A stretch of 64,000 nt of DNA. Origin: a virus (taxonomy: Duplodnaviria > Caudoviricetes). Position numbers and translations under genes: made by a program. The stretch covers positions 4,310 through 68,309 of IMG/VR virus record IMGVR_UViG_3300047539_000052. The stretch is one strand, 5' to 3'. The notes under the pieces were generated by a model. It was given only the letters and a program-made list of their open reading frames with translations, had not been told where the DNA came from and did no database searches. How positions within the stretch are numbered: the stretch's first letter is position 1; each line of letters starts with the position of its first letter. Positions 32,311 through 41,739 of this stretch are shown piece by piece.

Positions 32311-32828
32311 CCTCTCTCCCTAAACCTGAACCTCTCACCGCTTCTCAAGTAGAAGAGCTGGGCGAAGAATACCTCCAGCTTGAAAGCGACATCGGCGAGA
32401 TCAAGAAGAAAGCCACAGAGGAAATCACTTCTTTGGCCACGCGCTCGGAAGAAATTCGCAACAAGTTAATTGACCAAGTAGGACGTTACGGGGGCGCCCA
32501 CGCGGAGAAATCCAAACTGCTTTATGGCCTGAAATTGGAAGTCATGGGCACGTTTGGCATGAGCAGTACGGTCGACGCCGCGGCGGTAGAGGAATTCCGG
32601 CTGGCTCTGGTGGAAGAGAAGCAGCCTCGCTTGCTGAAAATGTTCTTCGAAAAGACCATACGCTGGACGCTCGCGCCCCAGGCCTCAATCCTGGTACGAG
32701 TGGCACATCAGGCCGGCAAACTCCCCGATAAACTCTTCATGCTCTTCGCAAAATGCACGGTTTCGAAGCCGCAGAGTCCAAGATTGGTTGTCAGGCCACG
32801 AGAGAAGGCGGCTGCGGCGGCAAGCTAA
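32307..32828 (+). CDS. Mu Gam-like host-nuclease inhibitor family protein
   Basis: N-terminal coiled coil, then KSKLLYG.K.EVMGTFG pattern. Confidence 0.45.
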   Translation: MTSLPKPEPLTASQVEELGEEYLQLESDIGEIKKKATEEITSLATRSEEIRNKLIDQVGRYGGAHAEKSKLLYGLKLEVMGTFGMSSTVDAAAVEEFRLALVEEKQPRLLKMFFEKTIRWTLAPQASILVRVAHQAGKLPDKLFMLFAKCTVSKPQSPRLVVRPREKAAAAAS

Positions 32829-33265
32829 AACGACTCCCCGCGGAATGTGGTCCTGGCATCGGCCTCTGTTCCTTGATCCATGATCGTGTACGGATCGCGC
32901 CCCGGTCCATGATTCGGCGCATAGGGGCGATGACCTTCGATCTGGAAAAATTCGCAAGCTTCGTGCTGCTCAACTTGGAGTATCTGCTCAAGCAGCCATC
33001 GGCACCAAGCGCGGTCATCAAACGCAGCAGGCGGAACGATCATATAGTGGAGAACGCGAAACCTGCATTCCGGATGGTAGCTATCTGGAACGTCGATCTC
33101 GATAATCAGCGTCAGGCCGGCGCTGCCTTGCCCTCGATCAATCTCTGACAGCGTGAACTGCCAGCCGGCTTTGTACTTGAGACGGCTAACGAGGGAGGCG
33201 AGTCCCAGCGGGTAGGTTGCTACTTGCGACATTACGCCGGTTGCTGAAGCGAGTGCATTATCCAT
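32825..33265 (-). CDS. hypothetical phage protein
   Basis: 146-aa ORF with natural composition. Confidence 0.55.
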   Translation of the reverse strand: MDNALASATGVMSQVATYPLGLASLVSRLKYKAGWQFTLSEIDRGQGSAGLTLIIEIDVPDSYHPECRFRVLHYMIVPPAAFDDRAWCRWLLEQILQVEQHEACEFFQIEGHRPYAPNHGPGRDPYTIMDQGTEADARTTFRGESF

Positions 33266-33318
33266 TTATCAAAATCTCTCCGCCCGGCTGGCCCTGAAAC
33301 GGTCAACCGGGCCTCTCT

Positions 33319-33543
33319 TCATTTGCGCTGGTCGCGAATCTCCTTCAGGAGAAGATTTGCGATGCCTGCGATGGCACGTATTGTGCCGTTATCGGTGAAA
33401 GCGGTTGGATTGGTACATCGGGAGCCGGCCTCTGTGCAATTGCAGATTTGGCAGTGCTGATGCTCCTTGAATGGAGGGCCGTCCACGAAGACGTAGACTT
33501 TTTCCACTTCGGTTCCGCAACTGCAGCAGCCCTTCAGGCTCAC
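33319..33543 (-). CDS. Cys-rich putative zinc-binding protein
   Basis: CCSC...CQICNC. Confidence 0.45.
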   Translation of the reverse strand: MSLKGCCSCGTEVEKVYVFVDGPPFKEHQHCQICNCTEAGSRCTNPTAFTDNGTIRAIAGIANLLLKEIRDQRK

Positions 33544-33558
33544 CCTTAACCTCCCTTT

Positions 33559-33873
33559 TTACGCGGCTTTCCCCGGCACAATCGCATCCTTTGCTGCCTT
33601 GGCAATCCTAAACTTTACAACCGTCTTGGCCTTGATCTGGATGGGCTGGCCGTTCTGCGGATTTCGCCCCATGCGCGCCTTCCGGTGGGCTTTGACCAAC
33701 CTTCCAATTCCCGGCAGGATGAATACTCCATTCTTCTTGGTTTCCTTCATTGCCAGATCCGCCAAATTCTCCAGGAACACCGTCACCATCTTTCTCGATA
33801 GGGTGAGCTTAATGGCCAGCATGGTTACGAGCTGAGTCTTGGTCAACGGCTTGATCGTCTTGATTGTTGTCAT
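33559..33873 (-). CDS. hup: HU/IHF-family histone-like DNA-binding protein
   Basis: LPGIGRL...RKARMGRNPQNGQPIQIKAKTVVKFR; RBS GGAGG. Confidence 0.9.
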   Translation of the reverse strand: MTTIKTIKPLTKTQLVTMLAIKLTLSRKMVTVFLENLADLAMKETKKNGVFILPGIGRLVKAHRKARMGRNPQNGQPIQIKAKTVVKFRIAKAAKDAIVPGKAA

Positions 33874-33931
33874 CGTTTGAATATCCTCCAGAGCGCATGG
33901 TAGCTGGGTTTTCGGCTGATTTCCACTATTT

Positions 33932-34744
33932 ATGAAGGCTCCCGTCGCGCTTACATCTGAAGAATTGCTGGCTGTGCTCGCCCTGGCGCGGGCGCGGCGG
34001 CTGCGGGACTGGGTAATTCTGCTTACGCTCTATTGGGGCGGTTACCGCGTGAGCGAGGTAGTGCGCAGCTCCACGCATCAAATGGGACTCTTTTTTACTC
34101 GCGAACGGGCGGAGCAGCGCCTGCGGGATAAAGGGGAAGGCGCCAGCATCCGGGAAGTGCAGCGCAAGGTACGCGGCCGGCTGCGAACCTGCTTCCTGGT
34201 TGAATCGGCCCAGTCGGTTATCCGGCCCGGGCTGCGCGAGGATGCGATCGAGGGGCAGGAAATCACGGTCCAGCGGCTGAAGGGATCCCTCGAGACCGTC
34301 CAGTTGCTCCAGGAGCACGAAAACCCGCTTTTGAACGAAAAAGCGGCCTGGGAAGAGTGGCTGGCGGATCGGCATCGCTACGGGAAAAAAGGCGGAGCTA
34401 AAACGGTGCAAAACAACGTTTTGGAGCCTAACGGCCGGAACGACCCGCTATTCAATATCTCGCGAAGCCAACTCTTCCGCCTCTACCGATCCTACGCGCG
34501 CGAGGCCGGCTTACCCCGCCGCAAGCTTCATCCGCATTGCCTGAAGCACACGCTCGGTACCGATCTGGTCGAATCTGGAATGTCGCTCCCAGAGGTGCAG
34601 GTTACGCTGGGGCACAAATCGCTGGCGTCTACGGGGCAGTACACGCTACCAAAAGAAGAGGCGGTTTCTCGAGCGGTGGGGCGGGCGATTCGCGGCAAGG
34701 AAGAATTCAAGCGAGCGAGGCAGGGCGATCTGTTTACTTCCTGA
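33932..34744 (+). CDS. tyrosine recombinase (short, FimB/XerD catalytic-domain type)
   Basis: RDWVIL..GYRVSEV, RLKGS, HPHCLKH, LGHKSLASTGQY. Confidence 0.85.
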   Translation: MKAPVALTSEELLAVLALARARRLRDWVILLTLYWGGYRVSEVVRSSTHQMGLFFTRERAEQRLRDKGEGASIREVQRKVRGRLRTCFLVESAQSVIRPGLREDAIEGQEITVQRLKGSLETVQLLQEHENPLLNEKAAWEEWLADRHRYGKKGGAKTVQNNVLEPNGRNDPLFNISRSQLFRLYRSYAREAGLPRRKLHPHCLKHTLGTDLVESGMSLPEVQVTLGHKSLASTGQYTLPKEEAVSRAVGRAIRGKEEFKRARQGDLFTS

Positions 34745-35042
34745 TCTTGAGCGCTTCATTAATCAGCAGGACGTGCGGCCACACCTTTTTGGCGAACTTC
34801 CGTGTTTGCTCGTTGTACGGGTCGTAGCACGCTTCGGTCCAGACGAGGCCATAAATCTCCCCGAAGGCTTTCAGGCACTCCTCTGGAATGATCGTCGCCT
34901 TCGGCACATACTCCACACCATCTATGATGATTTCTCTCATTTCTTCCAGTCCTGCATAGCTGGCCTTACCAATTCCCGCGAATTGACTCTCCTGCCGCTG
35001 TGATACTGCCTCCAATGTTCCACTTCTGAGGGTAGCGCGCAT
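34734..35042 (-). CDS. hypothetical protein (true start probably MREIIIDG)
   Basis: Convergent overlap with recombinase 3' end. Confidence 0.45.
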   Translation of the reverse strand: MRATLRSGTLEAVSQRQESQFAGIGKASYAGLEEMREIIIDGVEYVPKATIIPEECLKAFGEIYGLVWTEACYDPYNEQTRKFAKKVWPHVLLINEALKIRK

Positions 35043-35190
35043 CGACTGAAGCGAAATGCAGTGCAGCCATCATAGGGCGCAATGCCATGACAGACTCGGC
35101 AGAATGCGTTTAAGCCTGATCCGTGCTGGCTGCGATAGTCCCCGCACTGGCAAAGGTCGCTTCCTATTGGAGTGTCGCTACGCACTCGGC

Positions 35191-35463
35191 TCATTCCTCC
35201 ATCTCCTGCTCCTTACCGGCAACGATGCCATACAGGTATCTTTCCCTTAACAATGGATCCATGCCTTCGTCCTGCAACTTCCGCCAGCATTTATTGCAGC
35301 ATCGAATCTGTAGGTCTTTGGTCGGAATCAGGGTTCCTACCTGAAGCGAGTCCCACATCATCACTGCTTGAGCCTTGACTATCCCTTTCCCACACTTGGC
35401 AAAGTAGGTATGTCCATCGATGAGTGGAGTTTCGGACTCGTAGAGATGGGGATCTGATTTCAT
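35191..35463 (-). CDS. hypothetical protein
   Basis: 90-aa ORF with CxxC. Confidence 0.45.
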   Translation of the reverse strand: MKSDPHLYESETPLIDGHTYFAKCGKGIVKAQAVMMWDSLQVGTLIPTKDLQIRCCNKCWRKLQDEGMDPLLRERYLYGIVAGKEQEMEE

Positions 35464-35482
35464 AGATTATCGAATGCTTCTT

Positions 35483-36100
35483 TTACCATTGCATTGAATT
35501 GTTCCGCATCCCTAGCCCTAGCCGCAGCCCCAGCCGCAGCCCTAGCCGCAGCCCTAGCCGCAGCCCAAGCCCTAGCCCTAGCCGCAGCCCAAGCCGCATG
35601 CCCCTAGCCGCATCCCCAGCCGCAGCCCAAGCCGCATCCCAAGCCGCAGCCCTAGCCGCAGCCCAAGCCGCAGCCCCAGCCGCATCCCAAGCCCTAGCCC
35701 TAGCCGCAGCCCAAGCCGCAGCCCCAGCCGCAGCCCTTATATCTTCCCGCCCCGTTTCCAGATATTCTTTGGTGATAGCCGGACAATCCCAGAGATGAAT
35801 CACGCTTAAGGCCTGTTGTCGCGCGAACAATCGCAATAACGGAGTGGCGTCTATGCTTGCGAGAATCTTCCTGCGTTTCGCCACAATTTTATCGCTCTGG
35901 GTTTCAACTATGCCTTCCAGTTCAACTTGATGGAGCATTTCTCCCGGTGCAAATTGCAGCGCATCAAATGGAGCAGCACTCGCATGTAATCCAGATACAC
36001 ACATTTCAACTTTGCCATCATGTTCCAGCCATTCGCCAACGGCAGGTAAAGGTCTGCCGTCTCGCAGTTTCTGGCCGGTGAAATGGTAATACTTCTTCAC
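35483..36100 (-). CDS. phage protein with AAWAAARAAAWDAA repeats; frameshift inside the repeat
   Basis: C.SGLHAS..PFDALQFA N-terminal pattern; Ala/Trp repeat slips into RLGL repeat. Confidence 0.65.
   Translation of the reverse strand: MKKYYHFTGQKLRDGRPLPAVGEWLEHDGKVEMCVSGLHASAAPFDALQFAPGEMLHQVELEGIVETQSDKIVAKRRKILASIDATPLLRLFARQQALSVIHLWDCPAITKEYLETGREDIRAAAGAAAWAAARARAWDAAGAAAWAAARAAAWDAAWAAAGDAARGMRLGLRLGLGLGLRLGLRLGLRLGLRLGLGMRNNSMQW
35507..35738. repeat. tandem 6/12-nt repeat (GCCGCA/GCCCTA-type units)
   Basis: Directly visible tandem array. Confidence 0.9.
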
Positions 36101-36516
36101 GCGACCCTCCGGCTTCCGTTTTCTTGATTACACGCGGCGTGCGCAAGCGCTAGATTATCCATATGCGAATCGTGGCGCGCCCCGTTCATACCTTTAGGTT
36201 CGATGTGGGCTAGTTCCACGTCTGCATAATCACACTCGCGCAAATCGCCGCCGCAGTAAAAGCATTTCAGTTCTCCACGGGCCATGAGCGCATGTTTCCT
36301 TCGGCGCAATTCTGCATTGGAGCACAGTTCACGGTAACCTCGCGGATGGAACTCGTCTGTAATTCGCCGCACGCCAGCCCCAACGTACACGCGATTCTTC
36401 TTTTCTTTCTTCAGTGGCCGGCCTCGGCCACAACAATAGAAGGATCGATGGAGCAAGCATAATTCACCCTTGCGCAGTCGGTTTTTCACGCTCGCCTCCC
36501 GTACAACTGTTCCCAC
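36097..36516 (-). CDS. HNH/NinG-like endonuclease
   Basis: CFYCG...ELAHIEP....DNLALAHAACNQ. Confidence 0.7.
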   Translation of the reverse strand: MGTVVREASVKNRLRKGELCLLHRSFYCCGRGRPLKKEKKNRVYVGAGVRRITDEFHPRGYRELCSNAELRRRKHALMARGELKCFYCGGDLRECDYADVELAHIEPKGMNGARHDSHMDNLALAHAACNQENGSRRVA

Positions 36517-36800
36517 TCAGCCAACTTCTGCCGCTGCGTCTTAACTCGTTTCTGATTGTTCTCCCACGCTCGTTTGTGTCCAAGTGGCCATTTCTTCCCC
36601 GTCTGCCGCGCAATCTCATCCAGCCAAACTTTGTACGGGTAATACTTCTTTTCTCCGAAGGGGTACGCTTCTCGCAATCTTGCCCGGAAAGCTTTCTCGC
36701 CTTCTGGCGTTGTAATATCCCCGCCTTCGCTCTCGCACAGATCGAGCACACTCGAAATTACTTCGGCGGCCTGCTTGCGCCAATGGGACTCGAATTTCAT
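36486..36800 (-). CDS. hypothetical phage protein
   Basis: LREAYPFGEKKYYPYKVWLDEI. Confidence 0.55.
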   Translation of the reverse strand: MKFESHWRKQAAEVISSVLDLCESEGGDITTPEGEKAFRARLREAYPFGEKKYYPYKVWLDEIARQTGKKWPLGHKRAWENNQKRVKTQRQKLAEWEQLYGRRA

Positions 36801-36989
36801 CTATCAGGCAGATTTCTCCTTGAAAGTTATCGTGATCTCGTCGTCTGGGACAAAGATGTGTTCTCCATCATGGCCACTTAGTTCCATGCAGGTTGTGCCG
36901 ACCTGCTCACACTCGGAATCGTCGCATTGGACGCCATGTGCTTTGCAGATTTTTGGCCCATCTTCCCAGCAGTGAGGGGTTGGCATAAT

Positions 36990-37211
36990 TTAATCTCCGG
37001 CTAGCGGAAGTCGCTCCTGCCCACTGAGAACTTCCCACCTCAGTTTGGACAGTTCCCCCTGAAGCGTTTCCCGTTGTGCTTTGTATTCCGCCCTGAATTG
37101 GGCCAAGCCCTGATCCAGATCGTCAATCGCCTTGAGTAAGAGTGAGAGCTGTAGAAGTCTGTCTGTGTCTGACATCCTCTGCTTGATAGTGGGGATTTCT
37201 TCTTTCGCCAT
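36990..37211 (-). CDS. small coiled-coil hypothetical protein
   Basis: RBS AAGGAG. Confidence 0.5.
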   Translation of the reverse strand: MAKEEIPTIKQRMSDTDRLLQLSLLLKAIDDLDQGLAQFRAEYKAQRETLQGELSKLRWEVLSGQERLPLAGD

Positions 37212-37235
37212 GGACTATTCTCCTTAAAATGGGAA

Positions 37236-38622
37236 CTATATACTTAACTCCCTATCTCCTTGCGTTGCTTCGCTTTGAGCGAACAGCCCAACATGGTGCT
37301 CAATCCGGGCAGGAACCAATTTGCAATACTCTGCGTCTTGGTCAATGCCCACCACCTCGTCCCATCCAGCCTGTAGAGCGCCGATGATCTCCGATCCGCT
37401 GCCTGAAAACGGGACAAGCAGACGGCGCGGCTTGGCCGATTTAGGCGGAAGCAAGAGCGTTGCCAGCCATCGGCACAGGTCTATCGGCTTGACTGTGGGA
37501 TGGTGGTTTCGTGTCGAAGGAGTGACTTCGTTAAAGCTATGACGCTCCGAACTGTCGGCCTTGGATGTGTAGAAGAATCGGGATGCGCCGCCAGTACTAT
37601 GCGTGAATTTGGGCTTTCCACAAGGCGGATATTGGCCCAGAATCCCTTGCGAATCCCGCCGCGTTCCCTCTGGCGGATAGCCACCGCTGCTCAGTTCGCC
37701 GCTCTGTCCGTCAAGAATTGCTGCGCTTTCTTCGTCCAGAGCGACGTTCGCGGGATAGCGCCCCGCATCATGCGCCGTGCTTTTGAACTCGTGTTGCTCC
37801 GGGCTGTCGTTGAACGAGGGCTTACAGGTCGCATTGCTACTGCCCCAAACGCCGTCACCTTGCGGCCCTGCGATTCTTCCTCCGTCCACGTAGAGCGCCC
37901 CACTTCCGAACATCTGCGCCAGTTCTGCATAGCTCTTGCCTTGGCTTGGAGCCCGGAAACATAGCACAGGCTCCCATGCTGGCTTGAGAGCACAGGTCTT
38001 GTGACCGACCCACGGCGCGGATGCCTCAGAACCGGGTGCGGTTTTAACGGGCTGATCTTGTACTGCCCCAAATTTCGTTTGGCGAGTCTCGGCGTACCGC
38101 TGGCCCTCGTATCGGCTGTTATTAGGGCCACTAGAAGTTCCGACGATGTTGCCGCGCGCATTTCCGTTTGCCTTGTCGATCAGCTTCGATATGTCCTGAG
38201 CCTTCGGGGAATCCCTGCCCGTGCAGCCACATGAGCGTATCCCACGGTTGGAAGCCAGCATCCTCAAACCCACAAGCGAGACGATGCCAAGTTCGCGTTC
38301 CGCCGAAGCAAAGCGCCAAAGCGCCCGGATGCAGCACAGAGAGCATCGCTACGGCCTGCTCGTGATACCACGCCTGAATTGCAGCGCCAGCGGAGCCGCC
38401 GTAGCTCGGCGCGGACGAATGGCGCACCTTCGCCCGGTCGAATGGCCCCACGCCGCTCTTGTGGAACGTAGCATCGCCCGGTTGACGGACGTCGAGCCGA
38501 TCCCACTCCTTTCCCATGAACTCAAGGCCGTAAGGTGGATCACAGAGGGCGGCATGGAACTTGCCGTCCAGAGAGGGCGCAACCTCTGCTAGTTTGCCGT
38601 GATGAATAGAATACGGTTTCAT
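37236..38622 (-). CDS. N6-adenine/N4-cytosine DNA methyltransferase (beta class); 1-nt frameshift near 38205
   Basis: DPPYG and GGTRTWHRL in 38131..38622; HPTVKP and VPFSGSGS in 37236..38273; GQGFP|KAQDI restored by removing one C from CCCC. Confidence 0.85.
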
Positions 38623-38763
38623 CTGTCTCCAACAGGGAGTTAACTATATAATTCCCCTTAAAATGGCTCCGCTACTCTGTCCAAGTCTTTGACAACCTGC
38701 TGCGGCCCCTTCTTCCCCTTAACTGCTTTCTTGCTCAATTCGAGCGTCTCCTCTAAATCTCCG

Positions 38764-39427
38764 TTACGGGGTGAGCCATTCCATCGCCACATCAAATTCC
38801 TTTCTGGGCAGGGCTGTAATGAGCGCGGAGGATACTTCTAATCCGTGTGCTGACCGGAAGTACTCTTCAATCTGAGCCTCCGTCTTGCCGGATACCCTCA
38901 TGGCGGAGGTCCAGGCTCGTTCCTGATAGCCAGCTTGCGCGAGGCGGGCTCGGGGGAGATTCGGCGGCTGACGAAGCGCGCGGCGAAACTTCCACTTCTG
39001 GATCGTCCCTATCGCCAAAGATCAGCCCCAGCCTCTTCAGCCAAGCCTTCAGCGCTCCGGTTTGGGCAATGGCTAGGGCGTGGCCGTCTAAATCCCGGCC
39101 TGTTCCATACGAGGAATAGACTTCACTTCTTCGCCCATCGCTTACTGTAAAGACTGTCTTGACTGTGACTTCCGTGTAATCCCGACCGGCGACGTCGGAG
39201 GCGAAGTACCTTTCGTGGCATTCAACGTCTGACGGGATTAAGAGGAGTCCGCGGCTGTGCAACTCCGGGCGGAAGGCTCTCGCTACGTCCGCAATTCTCA
39301 GGTAGGAAAACTCTCCATTATTCCCAAGTTTTAGGATTGGCTCAATGGCTGCGCAAGCTTCGGCTAATCGGGCGCCAATTGAGCGCGGAAGGAAGAAATT
39401 TCTGATTGTTTGATAGACTGTTCCCAT
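38764..39427 (-). CDS. ERF-family single-strand annealing protein; frameshift near 38950
   Basis: FSYLRIADV..AFRPELHSRGL..., ALAIAQTGALKAWLKRL. Confidence 0.55.
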
Positions 39428-39564
39428 ATTGTCTCTCTCCGTTTCAAATGGGGCTGGATTTCTGGGATTATTCTCTTGGAAGAGGCGTACTCCCTGAATC
39501 TGGCCCCGAGCTTTTTTCAGAAGTCTTTAGTTTTTAGCTTTGTGATGAGCCGATGCCCTTTCTT

Positions 39565-39589
39565 GGGTAATAATATACTTGACTGACTA
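39565..39589 (+). repeat. left terminal inverted repeat GGGTAATAATATACTTGACTGACTA
   Basis: Matches reverse complement of 41715..41739. Confidence 0.9.
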
Positions 39590-39607
39590 AGGCTTTTCTG
39601 CTACATT
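39579..39607 (+). promoter_or_regulatory. transposase promoter, probably leaderless mRNA
   Basis: TTGACT-17 bp-TACATT ending 6 nt before ATG 39614; no SD. Confidence 0.55.
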
Positions 39608-39613
39608 TTAAGC

Positions 39614-40579
39614 ATGGAAAGCCCAAAGACACTCCAGCAAGCAATTCAATTCTTCAGCGACTTCGAGAACTGCCGTCACTTCATGATCGCCGTGCGCTGG
39701 CCGGACGGAAAGGTCCGATGTCCTCAGTGTGGCTCCGAAAAAGTCACATACCTGAAGAACGCCCGCGTGTACCGGTGCTATGAACCACACCCACTCCAGA
39801 AGTTCTCCCTCAAGGTCGGTACGGTTTTTGAGGATTCGCCGCTCCCGCTGGAGAAGTGGCTCCCCGCTGTGTGGTTGCTGGTCAATTGCAAGAACGGTAT
39901 CAGCAGTTATGAAATTGGGCGCGACCTCGGCATCACCCAGAAGTCGGCGTGGTTCATGATGCACCGCATCCGCCTCGCAATACAGTCCAAATCCTTCATG
40001 AAAATGGGCGGCCCCGGCTCTGAAGTGGAAGCGGATGAAACCTTCATCGGTGGCAAGGCCCGGAACATGCACATCAGTGAGCGCCAGCGCCGAATCACAG
40101 GCACAGGCGGAAAAGATAAAACCGCCGTCATGGGAATTCTTGAACGTGGCGGAAAGGTCCACGCTACTGTGATTACCAGCCGCAAGAAAAAAGAATTGCA
40201 AGGGGAAGTCCGAAAGCACGTCGAAGCTGGCGCGGCCCTCTATACTGACGCGCTGCTTTCCTACGAAGGACTTGAGGGCGAATACGCGCATAAAGTTGTC
40301 GATCATGCTGTGCAATACGTAGACGGGCGCATCCACACCAACGGCCTCGAAAACTTCTGGAGTCTTCTGAAGCGCGGCATCAATGGCACTTATGTTAGCG
40401 TCGAGCCGTTTCATTTGTTTCGCTACTTGGATGAGCAGACTTTCCGCTACAACAACCGTGCGACAGAAGATAATCCTCTGACTGACGCGGACAGATTCCA
40501 CTTAGCCTTATCGCAGATCGCGGGGAAGCGGTTAACCTTTGCGGAGGTGACTGGCAAGGTGGGAGAAACGGCCTTCTAA
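39614..40579 (+). CDS. IS1595 (ISXO2-like) DDE transposase
   Basis: Zn ribbon WPDG..CPQCGS; EVEADETFIGG; LYTD; HTNGLENFWSLLKR; YLDEQTFRYN. Confidence 0.95.
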   Translation: MESPKTLQQAIQFFSDFENCRHFMIAVRWPDGKVRCPQCGSEKVTYLKNARVYRCYEPHPLQKFSLKVGTVFEDSPLPLEKWLPAVWLLVNCKNGISSYEIGRDLGITQKSAWFMMHRIRLAIQSKSFMKMGGPGSEVEADETFIGGKARNMHISERQRRITGTGGKDKTAVMGILERGGKVHATVITSRKKKELQGEVRKHVEAGAALYTDALLSYEGLEGEYAHKVVDHAVQYVDGRIHTNGLENFWSLLKRGINGTYVSVEPFHLFRYLDEQTFRYNNRATEDNPLTDADRFHLALSQIAGKRLTFAEVTGKVGETAF

Positions 40580-40767
40580 TCCTTTGCGGAAGAAGCGCGG
40601 GAAGCGGCCTTCCGCTTCCGCGTCTTCGCCCGTTTTTCGGCGTCGAGTTTCGCCTTAATTTCAGAATGCGGCACCGCAACGAGTCGCCGCATAAAATTCG
40701 TGAATTGGCCGAAGTCGCCCTCAACATTCTTGGCGGAGTGGGTTGGGCGAGTTGGCTTTTGTGGCAC
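40576..40767 (-). CDS. small basic IS-associated protein
   Basis: FTNFMRRLVAVPHSEIKAK; converges on transposase stop. Confidence 0.5.
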   Translation of the reverse strand: MPQKPTRPTHSAKNVEGDFGQFTNFMRRLVAVPHSEIKAKLDAEKRAKTRKRKAASRASSAKD

Positions 40768-40784
40768 GATAGGAAAAGTGTGCC

Positions 40785-41615
40785 TTGTCGCCCCGCAAAA
40801 GTCAATTCTCCGCGCCTGATGGTTTTTTCTGGCAATTGCTCGATTCTCTGGAGGCCAAGGGAGTGGCTAGCGTGTTGCAAGGCTACTTCGATGAAAGCGA
40901 ACGTGATGGTGGAATTTTCTGCGTTGCTGGATTCACTTTTGCTCCCCGGCAAGCGAAGAAATTCTGCAAAGACTGGTCGCACCTGTTTTCCGGTTATCGT
41001 GGTGGCTTGCATATGCGTGACCTAACAGCACGTCGCCGCGCGTTCAATGGAATCAGCAACGGAGAACGCGAGCGCCTAATAATCGAAGCCATCAGGATTA
41101 TAAAAGTTCGCATGAGTGCAGCCTTTGCTGTTTCCTGCAATGTGGATGAGATATCTGCGACCGCACCAAAGGGGGTCAAGGGTTTCAGTCGTGCCTATCC
41201 GCTTTGCTGCCACCTGTGTATGTCGGCGGTTGGGAAGTTTCTGCGCACATCGAACAGTACGGATCGGGTCGTGTACATCTTTGAAGCGGGACATCCACAC
41301 GAAGGCGAAGCCCGCACCTTCATCAGACAGGTCATGTTGAGTCCAGTGGTGAGAGAAAGCTACCGCCATCACGGGGATGCCTTTCTTCCGAAAGAAGATG
41401 CTGTGCCGCTACAAGCCGCCGATCTTCTCGCATGGGAGTGGGCGAAGTTTCGCGACGAAACCTTAGAAAAGAATCTTCGTCCGATCCGCAAGTCGTTTCT
41501 TGCGCTCGTGCAACGTGATCCAAAACTATTCCGCATGAGGCACGTCACCGGGGAACGGCTTAAGCGATTTATGGGCCACGTCAAGGAGCTCGGATTAATG
41601 CAGTCAGAGGAATAA
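40785..41615 (+). CDS. DUF3800-family passenger protein
   Basis: YFDES...FCVAGF, LHMRD, YIFEAG, PLQAADLLAW. Confidence 0.8.
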   Translation: MSPRKSQFSAPDGFFWQLLDSLEAKGVASVLQGYFDESERDGGIFCVAGFTFAPRQAKKFCKDWSHLFSGYRGGLHMRDLTARRRAFNGISNGERERLIIEAIRIIKVRMSAAFAVSCNVDEISATAPKGVKGFSRAYPLCCHLCMSAVGKFLRTSNSTDRVVYIFEAGHPHEGEARTFIRQVMLSPVVRESYRHHGDAFLPKEDAVPLQAADLLAWEWAKFRDETLEKNLRPIRKSFLALVQRDPKLFRMRHVTGERLKRFMGHVKELGLMQSEE

Positions 41616-41714
41616 GGGTTAATGGCCTAGATGCTGATCTGCTGGAACGTATTTGGAAAGCCATCCGGGGAAAGGTTTGAAAAGCTACCCCCTGTCACGG
41701 CGCTTTCTATTCTA

Positions 41715-41739
41715 TAGTCAGTCATCTATATTAGTACCC
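41715..41739 (-). repeat. right terminal inverted repeat GGGTACTAATATAGATGACTGACTA
   Basis: Matches 39565..39589. Confidence 0.9.

Larger units (their letters stand above)
39565..41739 (+). mobile_element. IS1595-family element carrying passenger genes
   Basis: 25-bp terminal inverted repeats (22/25 match), TTTCTT direct repeat on both flanks, transposase plus two extra ORFs. Confidence 0.9.

Noticed and set aside
35499-35798. SPSR-repeat ORF on the plus strand
   Set aside because: Antisense shadow of the Ala/Trp repeat gene.
38195-38215. Phase-variable switch in the amino-MTase
   Set aside because: Only a 4-C run; one extra C in a short homopolymer is better explained as sequencing error, like similar indels at about 4605, 7433 and 10090.
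39608-40501. 297-aa antisense ORF over the transposase
   Set aside because: No motifs; best explained as an antisense shadow of the transposase.
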